From Leidyana gryllorum EB-2025a (Eukaryota; Protista; Apicomplexa), in assembly GCA_048772705.1 (NCBI GenBank), contig JBLWGC010000160.1, positions 42,692 through 106,691 of the forward strand: a stretch of DNA of 64,000 bases, given 5' to 3'. Of this stretch, positions 33,834 through 47,725 are shown in pieces (position 1 is the stretch's first letter; every line of letters begins with the position of its first letter). The translations under genes and the position numbers were made by a program. The notes beneath the pieces are model-generated. The model ran no database searches, was not told where the DNA came from, and was given only the letters and a program-made list of their open reading frames with translations.

Positions 33834-36800
33834 ATGGCGCTGGTAGAGAGGGTCTTAGAGGCAGGCAGCCAGCAGGTGTCCGTATACCCTCTCACACAGA
33901 TACTCATAGCTTGGGATTTCCACACGTAGGTGGCCAAATTAGACTTTGTCAAACGGATAATTTGCATGTCATAGGGATATCGTGGATGACCGAGAAAGCA
34001 ACGCTGATCATGAGCGCGTACTGCTGCAACGAGCTATATCGCAAGCCTCCAAGGAGCCTGTCAAGTTGGACAGACTCGATCCTCTCCCAGCTGCCTTCAA
34101 TTCCGACTCCGACTACATAAATCAGTACTTACCACTGATGTTGCTGGAGTGTAAACAAGCTATACACAGGGCACGCGAGATGGAGATGACAGACTCTTCC
34201 GGCGAAATTGTAATGCAAATGGCTGCACAGCCCAAAGATGGATGCGCTTTCGTTATTACTCTGGCGCGAACCATTGAGGCCAGCGTAAACCGCATCAGCA
34301 CTGGCGATCTAGTCCTACTGTATCTGGACGCGCCCGAGGACGACTGCCCCGTGTACATGGAAGCCTATTATAAGCGGCTCAAAGATGTACTCGGCATCGA
34401 CGCCAGACCCAAGAAGGACGAGATGATGGTGCGCGATGAGAGCGAAGCACTGGTCTCCGGCCGAGCTGCCAAGGACTCGGAGGGTAATGCTATGAGAGCC
34501 CCGAACCCACTGGTCGACAACCCACGCCACGCACTCGGTATCGTTGATGCCACCAACAGAGATAGCTATACCGTTCGTATCCTCATCAAAGATACCAACG
34601 TGTCGGTAGATCAGCTGATGGAGTCGTACACCATAGAAGACGACGAGGAAGACGAAGAGGAAGTCGACGATGACGATGACGACAGCCCCAAACCGCACCG
34701 TATCAGCGATAAAGCGATTCGGAAACGTAAACGGCAGCGTTTGTTCGTTGAGTTCATGTTGGAACGCGAAGCCTATAGAATGAGGGCACTCGCTGATGCT
34801 TTGAGTTCGTCATCGCAACCGACATGGTACCTCGCCAAGGTGATGAATCTGGTAACACAATATCGAGAATACCAATCATTGATGTCCTTCCCCGATTTGC
34901 CCCTGCGAGACCATCTCATGCTGAACAAATCCGTCGCCTCGCGGAAAGGCAAGAAGGCGCGCACCAAGAGGGACAGAGCAGACCGTCTCGAAATCCCGGC
35001 GACTCTGTTTGACACCCTCAAGAGGAAGTATAATGCCTCGCAAATGCAGGCGTTGCAAGAATGCCTCAAAGCAGAGGGTATAACGTGCATCCAGGGGCCG
35101 CCGGGTACCGGTAAAACCACCACCATCATGGGAGTTTTGTCGGTCATTCTGAATGCAAGTATGAAACAACAAAGCGATGCAGAAATGTTGGCACAGTTCC
35201 GGGACCGCAAAAGAACCCGGTTTGATGATGAAGGGTCCCGCACGCAAGAGCTGCTCCGAGTCGCTGCTCCATGGCTTCACGAACAGTCATATAAACCGTG
35301 GTATGATACACAGCAATGCGAACTGGAGGAGATCGAAGATCCAACACCAGTACCGGATTGTTTCGTCAAGAAGGAATTTATCGACTTGGTCCGACGGAAG
35401 GATGCTAGTGCCCCCAAACGTGTGCTGGTGTGTGCTCCGTCTAATGCAGCCATTGATGAAATCATGCGCCGTTTGACAAAAGATGCGGCTGCTGGGGGTG
35501 GCATTTTCGATGAAAAGGGTGACTTGAAGAACCCACCCGTGTTGCGTGTGGGGCCAAATTGTCACCCCGATCTTCGGGCGCACTCGCTACAACAACGTGT
35601 TGCCAATCGAATGCAGGCAGGGTCCGCTACAACCATACTGAGCGAAGAATCCGTCAAATTAGCTCTTCTCGAGGAAGCGAAAGTCGTTTGCGCCACGCTG
35701 TCAGTCGCTGGAAGTCGTGAGTTGACCAGCTTTGCTGGGGGATTCGATACCGTTGTGGTTGATGAGGCATCGCAAGGCGTAGAGATGTCTACACTGATCC
35801 CGCTCAAGCTGAATTGTCGCAGACTGGTGTTGGTCGGAGATCCCCGTCAGCTCCCCGCGACGGTATTTTCGAAAGTGGCTTTGGACCTGAAGTACGACCA
35901 GTCGTTGTTCCAACGGCTTGAAAGGGGCGGGCACAAGATCAACATGTTGCACGTGCAATACCGTATGCATCCAGCAATCTCACGCTTCCCCTCGAAAGTT
36001 TTCTATAATGATGAGTTGCTGGACTGGGAAGGTGTCGAAAAGGCGGCTCAGCCGCCCATACCATATTTTGCCATCCCGATCTTCAAGCCTGTGGTCTTCT
36101 TTTCGCTGGACTCTGTTGACGCTGTCGAGAATACCTCTCGAGTTAACCGCGATGAGATCGATTTCATCTGTCAATTGCTGGACCTCCTCAAACTGATGGT
36201 GAGCATGTGTTTTGTGTTCCTTCCATCAATATTTCTCCTCAGTTCGGTGCGGTACCCCACTATAAGGATGTCTGGATGGATCGTGTGGCCGTCATATCGC
36301 CCTACGCTGAACAAGTGAAAGTGTGTTCGAAGCAGATCAAAGCACTCTTTGGAGTGGACTCCTCCCATCCCTGCCCAATCGATGTCAACACTGTCGACGG
36401 GTTCCAGGGAAGAGAGAAGGATCTTGTGATCTTCAGTGCTGTGAGGGCCCAAGTCGCGGGCAAAGTGACCAATAAGAAGACGAATGTTGGATTCCTTGCT
36501 GACCAGCGTCGTATGAATGTCGCCCTCACTCGAGCGCGCTTCAATATGTGGGTAGTGGGGAATGGACCTTATCTGGCAGGCAATCCAGAATGGGGTAAAT
36601 TCTGGCAGTACGCCCAGGAGAATCAGTATACATTCACCGTCGACTACGCTACCCATGGGAAAGATGCGTTTCTAAAGGCTTGGCTTTTGAATTATGTCAA
36701 ACAGGATCAGGTTAGTTCGGTCCACAAAGCTCGCGCTCATCTTCTCCTTAGGCGGCCAAATCTATGTTGGAAACCAACGCTCCCGACTTTCTGGGACGAA

Positions 36801-36928
36801 TCAAACGAGATGTGGCCCTTCTTCGCCAGGTTGAAAAGGATTTACGCAGAAGTGAGAGCGACGAGGAAAGAGACGCAGAGGAGCTCGCTCGCGCCGCCAC
36901 AGCGGAGACCACGGTGCCCACCGGATGA
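33834..36928 (+). CDS. SEN1: Sen1/senataxin-like SF1 (Upf1-family) helicase
   Basis: Motifs YNASQMQAL, IQGPPGTGKT, VLVCAPSNAAIDE, VVVDEASQ, LVGDPRQLPAT, QYRMHP, TVDGFQGREKD and RRMNVALTRAR. First intron 33926-33974; last intron about 36711-36751. Confidence 0.88.
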
Positions 36929-37214
36929 TAGATCTTTCAATTGACAACATCCGAAATGTTCATGATGCAAGAATTGCGGGCAACATGCCGCCCTCGTCAC
37001 GGAAGGAAGAAGGGTCAAACATATACCACTTGGGGGTTGGCCACAGCCAGAAGACAGCGGACTTAGTTCTATCTGACCGGCTTCCCCTCCATTTCAGTTG
37101 TGGGTTTTTAGAGTTCTTCCTTCCCTATGGAGCACGCCAAGGAAGGCTCCTCCCAGGCGGCAAAATATTGAACAGAACCACCAGAAAATAACATTAGCTG
37201 TGATGACGAGTCGA

Positions 37215-38131
37215 TCACATCGGAGAAACAACCAGCGGTCTTGATACAGAATTAGTGAAGGTACCGGCCATGGGGGCGCCTCCTCCCATCCATGCCCCAG
37301 AAGCATGGGCTCCCATAGGGACTCCCGTCAAAGCAGTAGGCTGCACTGTAACCGGTGCAGGCCTCATTGGTAATGTCTGATGCGTCGGCACAGGGTTGGG
37401 ACCCATGGTTAATGCGGGCACTTTCTGCAAGTGGAAAGATAGGTTGTGCACACGTGTGTGCGGGTCAGAACCTACCCCTGGAACATTAGTGCGTGTGAGA
37501 ACAGTTGGATGGTCACAATAGCCATTAGCCAACCGTGCCACCTGCATCATCTTCTCACGCTCCTGGCGGAATTGCCGCACGCGATTATGTATGTCGCCAA
37601 AGATAGCATTTAGCCGGACACGATGGCCAGGCAACCAAGACGTCTGGTTAAAGGTCATGATGTCATCAAGAGCTTCGCTGGTGAGCGAGCATAGGGTCTC
37701 CAAAGTGTCGAAACCGGCATTGGTGAAGTGAGAGGCGACTTCAGTGGGTAGTTTGTAGAAACGAAAGAACTCCACCACCAGCAATCGGTCGCGTTCCAGT
37801 TCCGGATCTGTAGAACGGATTAGTAACCGTAGTTGGTGGTGTTGACTTACTGGCATTCCAAACCGACGCGAATCCCGAAAGATGAGCTGGATAATGTTTG
37901 CACAGGAAGTCGACTACGAAGAAGATCGGGTTGGCCGGGTTCTTCTCCTCTATCTCCTGAAGGAGAAAAGCGTTGGATTGAAGGGAGAGTTGCAGAGAGA
38001 AGGTGCCAGAGAGGCTTGATACCCACCTGGCTGAGTCGTGCGAATAATTGCTGCACTTGCGGGTTGGCTCTGGCGGCCTGGTAGGGATGCCGTCCATCAT
38101 CGGAGGCCCGATGTGAGCTCTGATCAGACAT
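37215..38131 (-). CDS. PHIL1: PhIL1-like inner-membrane-complex protein (docking-helix plus SAM-like domain)
   Basis: The spliced product PYQAARANPQVQQLFARLSQ-EIEEKNPANPIFFVVDFLCKHYP...DPELERDRLLVVEFF...HFTNAGFDTLETL...WLPGHRVRL matches apicomplexan PhIL1 as I recall it; not verified by search. Confidence 0.6.
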
Positions 38132-38429
38132 GACGCTTAGCTCGAATTTTCTAACAATGGGAAGCAAAATAGGCTATTGTGTCTATGCTGTAGCGTTTTG
38201 CACAACCCCCATGCATGCTGACATGTGGTGGTAATCTCAATCGGCTGTAAAAGGGCCATTGACGAACTCTGTGAGCTAAGCTGAGAATACAGAATTGATT
38301 TTGGAGGGCGGCACGGTGTTGCCGTCTCACGTTGGTGGGCAGTCGCAACCAAAAGATTTCCTGAGTTCGTTTGCACACAAAATTTCTCGGGTACAGGGTC
38401 ACGGAGCAGTGCTTGGATCTGCTGCGCCA

Positions 38430-39209
<780 letters not shown>

Positions 39210-40132
39210 TAGTCAGAGACATTTGAGTTGCCCTTCGCTTCGCACATAAGAAGGCTGAGCATAGCTATTCTATCAACCAACTAACCCACCCCAACAACCC
39301 TAAGTAGCCCGGCGTTGTTGCCGTTGCCATCCCAAAGTATTTTTCAAAGAGTTGAAATAAAGCGTGTAGTGCCCTTGAGCCCTTTGTTCGATGCGAGAGA
39401 TATTCGGCTTTGTATCAATCGTTGTGTATTGTTTCCCGAAAGCAGGCCCCGCCAACACCGAAAAGAGTAGCAAACATCGCTACAACACACACTTCTCACT
39501 AGTAGCTCCATAGCTTCTGTCTCTCTCTGTGCAAGGGGGCGTTCCTTGTGTTGCAGCAGCGGCAGAATCTTCCAAGCAGTCCGCCATCATGCCACGCATA
39601 AAGATTCTTTCTTCACGCGAGACATGCTTTCGTGATAAAGCAGACTGTGCCTTGGTGCTCTGCGCGCACAATCATCAGCACGTCCGAACAGCATCGAGAG
39701 GTTCGTAGTTGGAGAGCAGGTAGTCAGGTAAACAGTCTCACTCGCCCCTGGTGTCTCGCTGTTTCAGGGATGGTAAAAAACTCGTGAGACCTTTGAGAGT
39801 AACTTGAGCAGCATACTGCAAATGCAGCAGCCATAAGACGGTATAAAAGGTGAGAACGAAGGCAATGTATGATTTTGCCTGCCAGCCACGTAATGTGGAC
39901 CAACCGGGCATCTTCTGTCAAGATTGAAACGTACTCATTGTCCTATTGATCGATAAATGGGGACGAAATCAATCCCTCAGCATGGAACGAATGATAAGAT
40001 AATAAAGACAATGTGCTGTACGACAACAGCTGTAGAGGGAGGGGGAGGGGTATCACAGGAGGTAAAAACTACTATCAGGAGCGATCCGGATGAATCTCAA
40101 ATCAACCACCCGGTCGTCATCCTTCAAGCGCC

Positions 40133-41494
40133 TCAATCATCAACTACATTGACCACCAAGAAACTGGTCCATAGCCCGGACGAGATTCCGATCAACAGGC
40201 CAATTAAGGTGATAGTGGCAGCACGGCCACGATACTTCTCGTCGGCGATGGCTTGAGGTCCGCGCGTGAGGGTCAATGAACTAAACCAGCCATTTGTGAT
40301 GGCAAGGAAGAGCATCAGGATGACCTGCCACGCAAAACTGTCCCACCAGGCGACTCCGCTTTGACGCCACATCAGCATGGCGAACATAACACAGAGAACG
40401 CCTCTGACAATGATAGCAGTGTACAAGGTTTTGGTTCCGAGCCAGATGAACGGCAACCATCTGATGAAGCCTGGCAGGCCGCTTCCCAAGAAATCGCCGA
40501 CTTGGAACATTCCCTACACAGCCAAAAAGCAAAGATTCGGGAGCACACGTGTGTGCTGCTTACCATAATGGTGTTCGTTTTGGTGGCAGAACTCTGATAC
40601 CACCGGAAGGGGCCGAAAGCGGGGAAAATCTGCGAATTGGTCGGTGATTGACTCCGAGTCTCATGGCTGCGGACTTACGAATAGGGTACAGAAGTAAACG
40701 AACCAAGTTCCCAAGGCAGGAACCCAGCATTGCTTAGTGATCGCCCAGTAGGAGGGACGGTTAGGATCTCTTTTCTCGGCAGCGAGCTCACGTTTCTTGG
40801 CCTCGAAACCTTCCTTAACTTCGGGATTTTTCGCCAAGTAAAGTGTGGCGACCAGGGAGATGCCGATCATGGCAACTCCCACCATGCAGGTTGTCCACAC
40901 GGTTCCCAGGACGTTGTCGGGGAAGATAGCCTCGGATAACAACATGTACAGACAGAAGGTGAAAATTCCGGAGATCCCTGTGCCGAAGGCGACCCATTTG
41001 GAGCAGCTGACGGGCATACAGGCTGCCAGGGCATAATGGCCTGACTGCCATGTACCGGTACCGACACCAGAAAGAGCGGCGATGAGATGGAGCAAGACAT
41101 ATCCGGTGTAACCGTGCCAACACTGGATGGTGACAGCAGTGAGGAACTGTACGACCAGCAGAAGAAGGCCTCCACCGATGTTGAGCTTCCAACTCAGGTT
41201 GCCCTTCCAGGTCATCAAGAGAGCACAAGTGAGGGTCAAAGCTTGATTGCTGACGGTAAGAGTATCCGACATGTTCGGGTACTCTTCGAAGAATTCGGCG
41301 CCAACGTCTCCGATCATGTTAAGCAGCGAGTTCCAGTAGTAAAGTTGACCAGTTCCGCAGATTAAGAAGACCAGCACGTGGAGTGGGTTGGACTTTCCTT
41401 GCGGCTTCAGATCGTCAACTTGGTTCTCCACCACAGCTGTGGGAGGAGTTGGCATCTCGTCAAGCGAGCCCTTGTTGGCCACTGTGTCACTCAT
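40133..41494 (-). CDS. Equilibrative nucleoside transporter (ENT family), 3 exons
   Basis: Multiple TM helices; motifs GTGQLYYWNSLLN, GTGISGIF, TLF-IFP, FQVGDFLGS and LAITNGWFSS. Confidence 0.85.
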
Positions 41495-42067
41495 GGTGGC
41501 GCCCGGTCTGGGTGTCAGCCCTTACGGCAAGTAGTTTCGTCCGCGGTGGGGGATGGGTTGGTTGTGCAACGAATTTTTCCGTCACCGACGTGGAAATAAC
41601 TAGAGACACAACAATGTACCTGACGACATTGCCACAGGAAGGCACACTCGTCACGAGTTGACCATCCCGATGTACGTCTAACCTGATCGCAGGCCGGCCA
41701 CCTATGATGAGCGGCAGTTGGTTTGGAGGGGGTAAAACCGTCATGGGCCGCCGTAGGATTACAGCTAGACACTCACTCGTACCCAGCACGACTGCGGTGG
41801 GCACGCATACACACCAACAGTGTAGTCCTACGAGACCTTAATCACATCGGGTACACCCACACACATACACACAAAAGGCCTCGTCAGCAGTGGTAATTAC
41901 AGAGAGCTCGGGGGAGACTCTGTCGGTCAGCGGTCCTAAGAATGGGGTCTCGAGCAGAGGTTGTGCGGGAGAGGTGTCTGTTGAAGGTCCGAGTGCGAGA
42001 AGAGATGCTGTCAGGAAGTGTATTTGATCGGTGAGAATAAGAAGTTTCTGAGAAAAAAATGCGTGCA

Positions 42068-42961
42068 ATGTCGAGTGTTAGCAGCCGACCCACTTATCAA
42101 CACAGAGTGACACGGCGCTATGCTGATTCCGAACTGTCTGTACCGAACGCTCAAGTTTGTCGGCGCGAAGGAGTAGTTAGAGCTCGAGATGACATCGAGA
42201 GTGTCATTTTTGAGGACAGTGCCAGTGCACTTTCTGAGGGTGGAAACGTTCGGATGGAGTTCAATGATTACGATATCTGTTCGAATTGCCAGTCGACCAC
42301 GAGCGAGAATCGGAGCACCACCAGAGGCGCCGATGCAAAATTGGACATTCAAATCCGTGAAGTGCGGCTCCTCCCCGATGCGGAGACTCCTCAGGTAAAT
42401 AGCTGCTGGCCTTAAACTGTGACGTTCTCTCGTCCCTCTCCCAACAGGCGGCATATCTCCGAGTAGGAGTCGACGGCTACATTGGACATACCGACCCCTC
42501 CTACCGCAATAACGATATACTCCACTTTAACAATTATCTCGCATTCCCCTGCAAACTCAGTCGTCCTGTTGTAGAGTGAGTTTCCGGAACCCTATGCCTT
42601 TCGGCGCCTTAAAGTCGTCTTCTTCCATCACAGATTCCGGGTATTGGACGCTGAGAAACCAGATTCCAAACCGTTTGCCATGGGCTCCTTACGGTCTCGA
42701 GGATCCCTTCGAAAAGAGGAGGTCGATCTTATAGTGCCCATCTATCATTGCCGCACGAAACAAACTCTGGGCCATATTCATCTTGCTCTCAAAATCAAGA
42801 TAGATAAGTGCAAGTACTGTGGGCGTAGCTAGAAATAGTCAGAAGTTTTTCTGTAGGTTGCTGGAGACGCCGCCAAAATGGAGACATACCATATTTGTTC
42901 GGGCCCAGCACAACCGTACACTGTCCCCCGAACTCATCTCATCACCCAAACCAAATAACTG
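42068..42961 (+). CDS. Small C2-domain-like protein (about 4 exons)
   Basis: Splicing (acceptors at 42447 and 42633) gives LDIQIREVRLL...AYLRVGVDGYIGHT...LHFNNYLAF...VVEFRVLD...FAMGSL...VPIYH...LGHIHLALKI, the beta-strand pattern of a C2 domain. The 3' end is uncertain. Confidence 0.55.
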
Positions 42962-43562
42962 ATCACCCCATATCCGGGAAGACCACTCCGCAGTCGTCAA
43001 GCCACATAGATCTCGACTTTGCACCAAATCACTGGCCCCGCCAGCCACTCAGACACGCAAGATCTCATAGTCTTCCGGTCCTCTAAGATTACCAAGTGAC
43101 CCATAGCCTTCTGGCTCCAAGACGCTGACACCGAACTGTGTATATACGACCAGCCTCGCGCGTGTGTCTCTGTGTGTGGAACTGTGTCTCTGTGTGTGTG
43201 TTTAAAGGCAGGTCACTCGGCTTGAGGACTACTGACGAGACACCATTTTCCCAAATACTTGATCAAAAGGGGCTTATTGGACGCTGTGTGCGTTTCATTC
43301 CTGGAAGATCCCAACTTTTCGGACTCTGCTGAACTGAAGAATGGCGGGGTCGGGGAACGCCGGGAAGCTCGCGCTCGCCCGCTGGTGCGTCACTACAGAA
43401 CTGTCCGGGCCGCTGCAGAGTGTCGCGAGATGACTCGTTGTTGTTTATCGCAGGGGCAGCACTCCTTCTGGGGGCGGATACCCCACGCCACGTCTCGCCA
43501 GTGGCCCTTCGAGCTACAAAAATGCGACATTTCCCCCATGGCGACTACCATTTTTTAGAGAA

Positions 43563-45641
43563 ATGTCTGAACGCCACCAGTTGGTTAGAGACGATTTCGT
43601 CGACGATCCACCCCCATCGGTATTTGAAAGTCAACTGGATGAAGAACATCAGAGATATGATGAGAAAGTCCTACGCCGTTACCGCCGCATCGAACTGCAG
43701 ACACGCGCGAGTCCAACAATGACCCCCACAAGCTTAACACCCGATGCTCGTCAGGTATCGTTCCAGACTGCCCCCGCCCCACTGTCGGTGGAGTCCTCCC
43801 TCGGGTCTCACGCCAAGGCACAGTGGGCCCAGGCCCCTCCGTTCCACCTACACGATGTTAGCTATCGCCCGTTGGAAGTCATTCGTCCCTTCCAACACAA
43901 TATGCCCGGGGCCACAATCCAGGCGCCCTCCGAACCCATCCGGAGCCCCTATGGATCAATGGAAAATAACTGGACGCACTCCACTTCAATAGAGCCTCTT
44001 CGGACATACCCGTCTGCGAGAGAAACCGCTCCTCAAGGGCCCTCACCTGCGAACGAACCGTCTCACAAGCAATGGATTCCGCCAGCCCAGGCGTCTCGAG
44101 TCCCATGGACTCCTCAACTCGGACCTCATCCCGCTGCGGAGGTCTCCCAAACGCATTGGACTGCCCAGTCCTCAGCTCGGCCACCGGAGGTCACTCAAAT
44201 TCCCTGGACGACCGAACTCGCAGCTCGACCAGCTGAGGTCTCTCAAACGCATTGGACGTCCTATCCTTCCACTCGTCCCGCCGAGACGTCGCAACCCGCG
44301 CCTCCGCAACCCGCGCCCCGTCTGGCTGAGGCGCCCCAAGTGACCTGGGGGTCCCAAAGTGGAACTCGTCCAGTTGAGGTCTTCGAGACCCACTACGTGT
44401 CACAAACCGGACCACGCCCAGCTGAAGTGTCCCAACCGCCCACCTGGACACCCCAAGGGGACGTTCATCCAGCAAAGGTGGCTCAAACGCAATGGGCGGC
44501 TCAGAATAACGCTCGTCCGGTTGAGGTCCCTCAAGCCGCCTGGACTCCTCAAAGTAATGCTCGTCCGCAGGAAGCCGGAAGGAATTGGCCCCACGTCCCG
44601 CCCCCATTCCACGAACATCCCGTCCCATTCGGCACAGACCGCCTCCACAATGCTCGGGACCCAACCCGACCAGTAGTGCCTTCGGGCGACGCTCCTCAGC
44701 CCCTCACCTTCACTGGCGAGGCTGCCGATCCGTGGCGCTCTGCACACCCCCCCCAGAGGCAGTCGGCAGACTTCCCCCCGAGGCAGTCCGCAAACCTCCC
44801 CCCGAGGCAATTCTCCCCTTCTGCGAACCCCCGGAGGAGGACATCTCTGCCGGAGACTCCTCTGTCACCAGTCGTCAATCTGTTGGCGGAAACGCCTCCG
44901 ACCAAAGCAGCTGACGAGCGTCTGGTGCAGAGCCAACCTGCCCACAATGATTACCGTCAGTCACCAAAGCCTCAGGAGTTCCCGGCCGGAGCTCAAGTGT
45001 TGACCAGAGGAGGAGGTGGAGGTGGAGGTGGAGGAGGGTATGATAGGATTGGGAGACAGAAATCGACCTTCCAGGAGTTCACTGCAGCAGCAGAGGGCAA
45101 AGACAATCAGGATGACAGATCATCCATTGAGGATTTTCATCCTCGTCATAAAGCTCTGCTGCAGGGGTTCCTGAGGGGAGACAGAGGGAGAAAGGGTGAC
45201 GAGAGTACTGATGCTCCAACTGAGATGGTAGCCGTGGCGGCGGACAGCCCCCCAGAGCAACGTCGACACAGCGTGCCGCCGAGCAAACCGAGCAACAAGC
45301 CCCAACTGGTAGCCTTCGCTCGCGCTGGCTCACAGGCCGGCTCATCAATTGTGCACTCCAGTCAGGAAGAAGATCCTAGAGCAAAGCGCAGACTGCGTCG
45401 GACACGGCCACAACCTAAATCTCAGGAATCACAAGACGCCCCTCCTCCTCATGAACACGAACACCGACTCTCGTCCTCCACGGCCGGACCAAAACCTCGT
45501 GAAACCCATACCTTGCGGTGCTGCCCACGCTGTGGTGAAGTGCGAAAGGGCCAACATCGCGCAACCCACTCCCAGACAGAGACTATCAGGCAGTGCAAGC
45601 TATGTTTGCTTAAAATAACACCCAAACATCCATACCTATAG
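43563..45641 (+). CDS. Pro/Gln-rich low-complexity protein with Trp-containing repeats and a C-terminal CxxC pair
   Basis: A 692-aa ORF with ~16-aa RPAEVSQTHWT-type repeats, ending CPRC...CKLC. Confidence 0.7.
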   Translation: MSERHQLVRDDFVDDPPPSVFESQLDEEHQRYDEKVLRRYRRIELQTRASPTMTPTSLTPDARQVSFQTAPAPLSVESSLGSHAKAQWAQAPPFHLHDVSYRPLEVIRPFQHNMPGATIQAPSEPIRSPYGSMENNWTHSTSIEPLRTYPSARETAPQGPSPANEPSHKQWIPPAQASRVPWTPQLGPHPAAEVSQTHWTAQSSARPPEVTQIPWTTELAARPAEVSQTHWTSYPSTRPAETSQPAPPQPAPRLAEAPQVTWGSQSGTRPVEVFETHYVSQTGPRPAEVSQPPTWTPQGDVHPAKVAQTQWAAQNNARPVEVPQAAWTPQSNARPQEAGRNWPHVPPPFHEHPVPFGTDRLHNARDPTRPVVPSGDAPQPLTFTGEAADPWRSAHPPQRQSADFPPRQSANLPPRQFSPSANPRRRTSLPETPLSPVVNLLAETPPTKAADERLVQSQPAHNDYRQSPKPQEFPAGAQVLTRGGGGGGGGGGYDRIGRQKSTFQEFTAAAEGKDNQDDRSSIEDFHPRHKALLQGFLRGDRGRKGDESTDAPTEMVAVAADSPPEQRRHSVPPSKPSNKPQLVAFARAGSQAGSSIVHSSQEEDPRAKRRLRRTRPQPKSQESQDAPPPHEHEHRLSSSTAGPKPRETHTLRCCPRCGEVRKGQHRATHSQTETIRQCKLCLLKITPKHPYL

Positions 45642-46209
45642 TACCCCGACACTTTTTTGGTGCATCATGATATCCCGCCCCAAGCAAGACCCAGTATATC
45701 AAACGTTCTCCCATCACATTATATTCTCAGACGACGACAGCTCACAATACACACACAATCCCACTCGGGAGCCAGACACCTGGTTCACACACCCCCTTCC
45801 ACCGCAAGACCGCTCTTTACCACCATCGAAAACCGACCACGACGTTTCCTCCTCATGGGTCTCGACCCCACCTCAAGACAGAGGAGATTTATACTGGTCC
45901 AAGCGTTCTGTAGGGACCGATGCGGTGTTTGTTCGCCAGTGCACGTGCTGCTTGCTACCTATCAACAGTTGCCAACCAAATTCTTCGATTGAGTAATTTC
46001 ATTGTTTGCTGGGGTCAAAGGGGGTGGGGGGGAGATAACCGGCAAAAATTGACGAATGGAATCGTCTATGCCCACTCTCCAGAAAAAGTATGTACTTAGT
46101 GACTATACCCAGCTTGCCAGTCGTATTAAAACCTAATATGGTTAAACTCGTGGTTGGGCAGAATGAAGAACACAATGGGTCTGGCAGAACATGGCATGCC
46201 GTTTTGCCA

Positions 46210-47725
46210 TCAGATCTCGATCGTCGTCGTAATCGGCTCGTCATCGTTATCCAACTTGGGTACTTCCTCCTTCACATCTCGTGCCACGAAAAAGGTTAAT
46301 ATGGAACCAGCTGCCCAGAGACCGAAAGCGATGCATAACTGAATCGTATATGTGACACTCTCCTCTAAGTCAATTCCCCAAGCCACGGCAGCACCAGCCG
46401 ATTGAACGCCTTTGTAGAAGCCAGCGAAGTTCGCAAGCAACTTCATATCGTCCCCAGCTATCGCCCCCATGAGCCAGTAGACGAAGGCCTGGGATGAGGC
46501 GTCACCCAATCCGTAGAACGCTAGAGTAATAATGGGCAGCACACAACGACTCGACTCGGTGATGTCGATGGGAGGCTCAGGAAGATTGCCTTTGTCATAA
46601 CCATCCTCAAATCCGAACGAAACGATGAAGCCTAGGCACCAGCCTATGCCGAAAGTAATGGTAGTGCACGCAAATCCGAGCATCGCCCTTTTCTTCTTGC
46701 TCCAATTGGTATTGTCCAACAACATACCCATCAGGTACGCTGCGAACATCTGCATTCCCCAATAGATGGAACTGTTGATTCCACGAGATCGGATGTTGAA
46801 CAGAGATCCGTTCACATAGTTGAATTGGTAAGTGTAGTTCCTGAAGGTGAAAGGAATGAATTATACGCAACCGACCAGGATGACAGCGCCGATGAAACCC
46901 AGGACCATCATTTCCACGGCTTTGAAAAAGAGCTTGCATAGGAATCGCATTGACAAGGATGTCTCCAATGTGTGCACACACGTGGGAAAATGTGGAGGGG
47001 GATCGGACTCACCAATTCGTTGCCATAATATAGAATATCAGGAGCAGCATATATTTGTTAGTGGATACCCGAAGTGCCCCCTTGATCTCTTCGATCGGCT
47101 TTTCGGGTTCGGCTACTTGAACCGCGCTTCCATCAGCTTTGATGACCTTGGCAGGGTTGACGAGCAAAAAGAGCGCTCCAACAGCACCCAGAGCCATAAG
47201 TCCAACGAAAGTGAAGTAGCTAGCGGCAGAAGCTTCGCCCTCCTCCTCGGTGTTCCAATTGAGGATAACGCTGAGGACGCCACCAGCAAGGCCTCCAAGG
47301 TTGAAAATGATCCAAAAGATACCGATATATTGTCCTTTGTTCTCGGGTGTAGCGTAACTAAGCATCATTGCGCCTTGTGCTGTCCAGAAGAGAGCTGCAC
47401 CGAAACCCAAGAGCGCTCCGCACAGGATGGCGACCCATCCGGCTCCGTCGACATTGCCAGCGATATAAGCTCCGGCGGCATAGAAAGCATATGTAAGACC
47501 ACCGATGCACATCAGCAGACGGTTGCCGAAGAGATTGTAGAAAGGGCCTCCGAAGTAGCCGAAGACGGCGAAACATGCGTAGAGGGTTGCATTGGCTGTG
47601 TTGCCGACATCCGCATTTTTGCCTCCAGCTTTTCCCAAACCACTCAACGCATTGAACAGTCCGGGGCAGCAGAACGCTACACACCCAATGATGACAATCT
47701 GACTCAAGGCGCTATTGAGTCCCAT
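46210..47725 (-). CDS. UNC-93-like MFS membrane protein (2 exons)
   Basis: Motifs QIVIIGCVAFCCPGLFNALSGLG, ALFWTAQGAMMLSY, IFWIIFNLGG, NW-NYTYQFN and AGFYKGVQSAGAAVAWG. Confidence 0.88.

Noticed and set aside
33926-33981. Apparent frameshift or stop at the Sen1 5' end
   Set aside because: Explained by a canonical intron at 33926-33974 that gives LIAWDFHT-DIVDD in frame.
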